From the human T2T-CHM13v2.0 reference genome, Homo sapiens: a stretch of 64,000 bases of DNA. Below, piece by piece: positions 58,004 to 64,000 of this stretch. The stretch lies in assembly GCF_009914755.1 (NCBI RefSeq), contig NC_060939.1; one strand, given 5' to 3'. The notes beneath the pieces were generated by a model. That model saw nothing but the letters and a program-made list of their open reading frames with translations, had not been told where the DNA came from and did no database searches. Position 1 is the stretch's first letter. Each line of letters opens with the position of its first letter. Both the position numbers and the translations under genes were made by a program.

Positions 58004-58327
58004 CCTCCCTCCCTCCCTCCCTCCCTCCCTCCCTCCCTCCCTTCCTTCCCAGTGTCTTGCTCTGTTGCTCAGGCTGGAGTACAGTGGCGAGATCTAGGCA
58101 CAGTGCAGCCTTGACCTCCCAGGCTCAGGCAATCCTCCTACCTCAGCCTCGCGAGTAGCCGGTACTATAGGCGCATACCACCACACCCAGCTAATTTTTG
58201 TATTTTTTGTAGAGATGGGGTTTTGCCATGTTGCCCAGGCTAGTCTCTAACTCCTGAGTTCAAGTGATCTACCTATCTTCGCCTCCCAAAGTGCTGGGAT
58301 TATAGGCATGCACCACTGCACCTGGCT
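58004..58327 (-). mobile_element. AluJ with (CCCT)n in place of the tail
   Basis: Body 58051-58327; CT-rich repeat 58004-58050. Confidence 0.92.
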
Positions 58328-58495
58328 AGGGTTTATTCTTGGTGTTGCACGTTCTTTTGATTTGGAAAAATGTAGAATGATACACATCCACCTTTATAGT
58401 ATCATGCAAAGTAGTTTCACTGCCCAAAAAATCCTCAGTGCTGCTTATTTTTTCCTGCCTTCGCCCCCGCCCCCTGACCCCTGGCAACCACTGAT

Positions 58496-58797
<302 letters not shown>

Positions 58798-59126
58798 CAA
58801 CCAGTGATCTTTTTACTGTCTCCCTAGTGTTGCCTCTTCCAGAATGTCATCGAGTTGGAATTGTATAGTATGTAGCCTTTTCAGATTGGCTTCTTCTGTT
58901 AGTAATGTGGATTTAATTTCCTCCATGTCTTTTCATGACTTGATAGCGCTTTTCTTTTTAGCACTGAATAGTATTCTATTGTGTACATGTACCTTCTTGC
59001 TCTTTTTACTGGAACCTCTCATTCTGTTTTCCCAAAAGAAAAACTCAAGTAGTTGATGAATAACACTTACCTATGGTGTTCATCAGGTTCTACTGTTGGT
59101 ATTCTTTGTGGCTTTGTGCTCTTTTA

Positions 59127-59771
<645 letters not shown>

Positions 59772-59814
59772 TCATAGAATCAGCCAGCCATAACAACTTC
59801 AGTGCATGTGTATG

Positions 59815-59818
<4 letters not shown>

Positions 59819-59866
<48 letters not shown>
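59819..59866. repeat. (CA)24 microsatellite
   Basis: Direct reading. Confidence 0.96.
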
Positions 59867-59867
<1 letters not shown>

Positions 59868-59957
59868 TCATGCCTGACCCATTCCTGACCCTGCTGCTGT
59901 ACCCCAGTTTTTTGGGGCCCCCTGTGTCTGCCCCAGTTTCTTGGAGTCACTATTTTT

Positions 59958-60200
59958 CAGTCATTCATTGAGCACTTAATGTGTATAAGAAACTGCTCTG
60001 AGCTGAGGATAAAAATATGGGAGAAGCCATAGTTCTTGCCCTGTAAGAGCTCACAGTCTGTGGCGAAATACAGACATGTAAATAGATTATTTCAACAAAC
60101 TTTTGTAAGTACAGAAATTGAGATGTGGTCAATGAAGTCTCCTTGGAGCAGGTGGAACTTGATGGACAGCTAGATTGAATGGGGGTGTGGGGACGGCATT
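59958..60200 (-). mobile_element. L2 fragment
   Basis: TCATTCATTGAGCACTTAATGTG...CTTGCCCTGTAAGAGCTCACAGTCT. Boundaries approximate. Confidence 0.65.
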
Positions 60201-62929
60201 GTAGACATGTAAGAGTGGGCATCAAAGCCCTCTTAGGGGAAAACAGCTCAGAGGGCAGGGGACATAAGGTGCACTGGCTTAGTGGTGGTAGAGCACAGAC
60301 TCCCAGGGCACGCCAGGCAGGAGGTGAGGAAGTGGGTATCTGCAGCCCAGGAACTTGGCCTTGAGTTTGTAGGGACTGGTCCCAGTGACTGTGTTACCTG
60401 ATTTAACCTGTTGGAGGGAAGCTGGCAAGCAGGTGGGCCTGGGAAGGCTGCCACGGTAGATCAGAGTGTAGCCCAACCAGAAGTTGAGGATTGCCAGTAG
60501 GAAAACCCTGGCCATTAACTGCTTTGTATAAGGAATTGAGGGTGGGGAAGGGTTTAGTTAATTTAATTTGCTGAATGACCAAGGAAGAGTTAGACACTTT
60601 ATCCCTGCTCTTTCCTCCATTGCCTCCTTAAAAAAAAGGAAAACAAAAATTGTTTCAAATTTTTCTAAAATGCATTGCCAGATTTTGTTATAATGGAGTT
60701 TAGCAAAAACATTTAAGTTTGTAATTGTCCATTTGAAGGTGTTGTAACATCTCAGGGTTATTTTAAACATTATGTTCAGAATATTAAGTGTAATTTAATA
60801 GTATAGGATATTTCTTGATACCCATATTCCATGGCCAGTTGCTTTTTTCAGGAAATCAGTGTTAAAAGCTTATTTTTGTAGAGTTGCCTTTTTCTGAAAA
60901 ATGAATGCATTTCTTTTTCCTTCCCCCAAAGGAGACCCTCTGTGTTGGTCTGACTAATTGAAATTCCTAGGCATTTGAATGTTAGTTAATTAGACTTCTA
61001 TTGAAAACAATTGGCTGTAATAATGTACTGAATATCATAGTTGGTCTAGAGACAAAAAGTTTCTTCTAACCCAGAAGTCATAAAGAGAAATACTCTTTTC
61101 TCCTCTCGCCGTTCTTTTTTTGTTTTTTTTTGGATTACAAAAGATGGGAGACTATGCTGAGAAAAAAATGGGGGAGAAAACTTCTTTCAGAAAAGAGAAA
61201 TAAAAATTGATTTTATTGTGAACATTTCAAAGTCAATTTAAAATATAAAAGTGTATAAAGTATATTTTGGCCAGTTCATAAAATGAGGTAGTAGTAGTAT
61301 GTTTAAGAACAGCTTATTTATTCATTCTTAGATTCATGTAGTCAAATTGTTCAAGGGCTGGGGATATGGCTTTGTACCAAGTAGAGTTCCTGTTCTCATG
61401 GAGTTTGCATTCTAGTTACACCTATTACTAATTGATTTTTATCATAACTGTTTTTAAAATTTTAAGAGAGGAGGGTCAGTGAATTAGTGAACAATAAAGA
61501 ATTCATGGCATCTCTGTTTTTTTTGGTTGTGAAAAGCTCATAAAGACAGTGTGAATTAAAGCAGTGCAATGTGATCTCTTTTCTTGCCCTCCTAGTAAGC
61601 ATATATTTTACACTACTTTGCATTGATATGGTTGGCACCATTACCTGATCACTTATATGAATTGTGCTTCATCATTTAATTGTGAATGTAGTGGTACAAA
61701 ATGAGCTTTCAACAATTATTTACATAAAAGAACTAATTATAACATTATTTTTCAAAGTATTGCGTGGGACACTGGTCCCAAGACATAGACCACAAAAATA
61801 AAGGAACTCTGTGCACACATAAGGTTAGAGCTACTTACTCATAATCAACATGAGCAAGTGAAAGCATCCAAAATATTCTGCATTGGAGAAACTCCTTAAT
61901 TTTGTTTAAACCAGCTTTTGCCCCCTTTATACTGAGAATCTTTTTTGCATGTAACACTTTTTACCTCCTAGTTTGCTGGAATGCTGTTTTTAGAGCAATA
62001 CAAAAGGATTTCTGGGGCTTTTCTACTAGGACTCTTTTCTCTTTGTCCTGCAAAAAGGCAACGTAGCATATTGTCATCTCTGAGGTCCTTGGGTGTTGAC
62101 GCTGTCTACTTGCTCTTCATTGAGTTTCCTTTGACCCTGGCCCAACCCCCAGCCTCTAGCTGGAAAGTCAGTGCAGGGAAGCCATGAGCAGAGAATTGGG
62201 CATCTCCCCTTGGAGTCTCATATCTTCTGACCTAGCAGAGCTGGACTCTAATCATTGGGCTACACTTCAAATTATAGCATTCCCAAGACTTCAGCAAAAA
62301 CAAGTAAGTCCTTGGCAAGTGGTGGAAGTTGGGACATTTTGTTTTCAAAATTGTTCCTCGGCTTCTCCCATGTCTGTGTACGGCTGCCAAAGAACTTTTG
62401 GTTTATTCGTTTGCTTCTTGGATTTTATGATTTTGAATAATTAGTAGTAAATGTGTCAAAAATTAGTGATCACTTCAAGCCAAGAGTAATGCTAGTTCAT
62501 CCTCAGCTAATCCTATTGGATTTTCTCTGCTTTACCTGGTCTTAGGTTATAAAAGCTTTTTTTTAACTTAAGAGAGCAAAACACTTGGGCTGGGGCCCAT
62601 ATGAGCCCATATTCTGATTTTTACACACATGCAGTTGATGTCAGGGCAAAGCCTGAGTGTGGTGTCACACTGTTCCCTGCCTTTTAATGGAATTTGATGA
62701 CAAATGGGTTCTTGGCTGCATGGGATCTAAAGCACATAGTGAGGGTTCAGCTGCATACATCCTGCACACTCCAGATCCCCTTCAACTTACACCCACATTC
62801 CTGTGGGGATTACGCCAAGTAAAACGAGGAAAACCAGTCTATAAAACTCTCATGGTGAAAAACTGCCAGGTATGGTCTCCATCAGATTACTTAATGGGTG
62901 TCTTTTTTCTTTAATGCTGTTGAGATGAT

Positions 62930-63125
62930 AATATTAGGTGTATCATTTACCAAATACTTATTGGATTCCAGACACCATGCTAAAAACTTCACGTATGCTC
63001 TCTCATTTCATCCTCACAACAGTCAAAATAGCTAAGTATGAGTATGATCATTTCTGCTCTTACGATGAGCAACCATGTACTCCGAGAGGTGTACTTAAGC
63101 TTCCCTGAGCAAGTAGGAAGGGGTT
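62930..63125 (-). mobile_element. MIR fragment
   Basis: CCAGACACCATGCTAAAAACTTCAC...TCTCATTTCATCCTCACAACAG. Confidence 0.65.
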
Positions 63126-63544
63126 GGGGATGCAGGAGCAGAGTTAAGGCCTGCATTAATGTCCTGCTGTTGGTGACAGGCATTTTAGGTGTAGCTTTTG
63201 CTGATTTTTGTTCACATCTTTCTGTGCTTCTCGGAATACTCCAGAAAAGGCGCATCATGGGAGCTGCTAAATGATTTATTGTATGTTACTCTGGAGAAGG
63301 CTACTTTAAAGCAAGTTTACTTTAAATAGCAAGCTCCTGGTCCCTTTGAAATAAGCTCCTATTTGCTTGGATAGATCTTATCCATATTCATAATAGGCAT
63401 TTTAAACAGGTAGGTGTGTTTCCATTGGAGACATGTTCTGTCTCAGCGTTCTCTAGGGACCTTGTTATGATCAGGCAATGAATGAGTTTCTAGCATGAGC
63501 TGTTTCCATCATGGCACCCCCTGAGCTGGAGCGCAAGGGAGCTC

Positions 63545-63720
63545 AGTGACTATTGAGCATTGCTGATTGCATCAGACATATTATCTCCTTTAACCTCACA
63601 GCTGCCCTTGGCATTATTACAGAAGAGGAAACTGAGGCACAGAGAGGTTAAGGCATACCAAGCCGGATGACTAGTAAATGATCCAACCAGGATTGGACAC
63701 CTTTCTCTTAACTGCTGTGC
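63545..63720 (-). mobile_element. MIR fragment
   Basis: TTACAGAAGAGGAAACTGAGGCACAGAGAGGTTAAG MIR core. Confidence 0.75.
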
Positions 63721-64000
63721 TGTTGCTTTCCCTAAATGCAACGTTTTGTCTCTTAAATCCCGATGCATCTCCGTCGCAAATGTGGACTTGTTTCGCACTA
63801 AAGGGGGTCAGAACAGAGAGGCCAGCAATTCACACTGGGTGGCCCATGTGTTGTGGGAAGGGGTGTGTTGTACTTTGGAGTCGCAGATGCTTAATCTAAG
63901 TTAAGTCTCATGATTGCTCATCTCTGAAATTGGAGAGTGGTTCTTGTCCTTTGTCTAACTTCTAGGGAAATTTTGTAGGGAAGAAGGAGCTGCCAGCAGA

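Overview
Primate (human-like) non-coding genomic DNA. I find no supportable protein-coding gene, RNA gene, CpG island or CRISPR array. The window holds about 32 Alu/FLAM copies (J, S and Y types, many with readable target-site duplications, TSDs), L1 3' ends (L1PA, L1PB, L1MA/MB), solo LTRs (MER21, MER34, MLT1), DNA-transposon fossils (MER1A, MER82, MER20, MER5A, MER44), L2/MIR remnants and many microsatellites. The ORF track is explained by Alu/L1 frames and chance. Most L1s and the clearly oriented LTRs lie on the - strand, which suggests (inference) a long intron of a + strand gene; I cannot name the gene. The clearest anomalies are: (1) an 85-bp piece of local unique DNA (34792-34876) copied 3.2 kb downstream into the middle of an Alu; (2) a neighbouring Alu that lacks its 3' end and tail yet keeps flanking direct repeats; (3) a repeated non-transposon motif module at 16.8/17.4 kb and 22.2 kb; (4) several well-formed cryptic or alternative exon candidates on the + strand. 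Repeat subfamily names come from recalled consensus sequences and need RepeatMasker/Dfam confirmation. I do not see evidence for a new multi-gene system.
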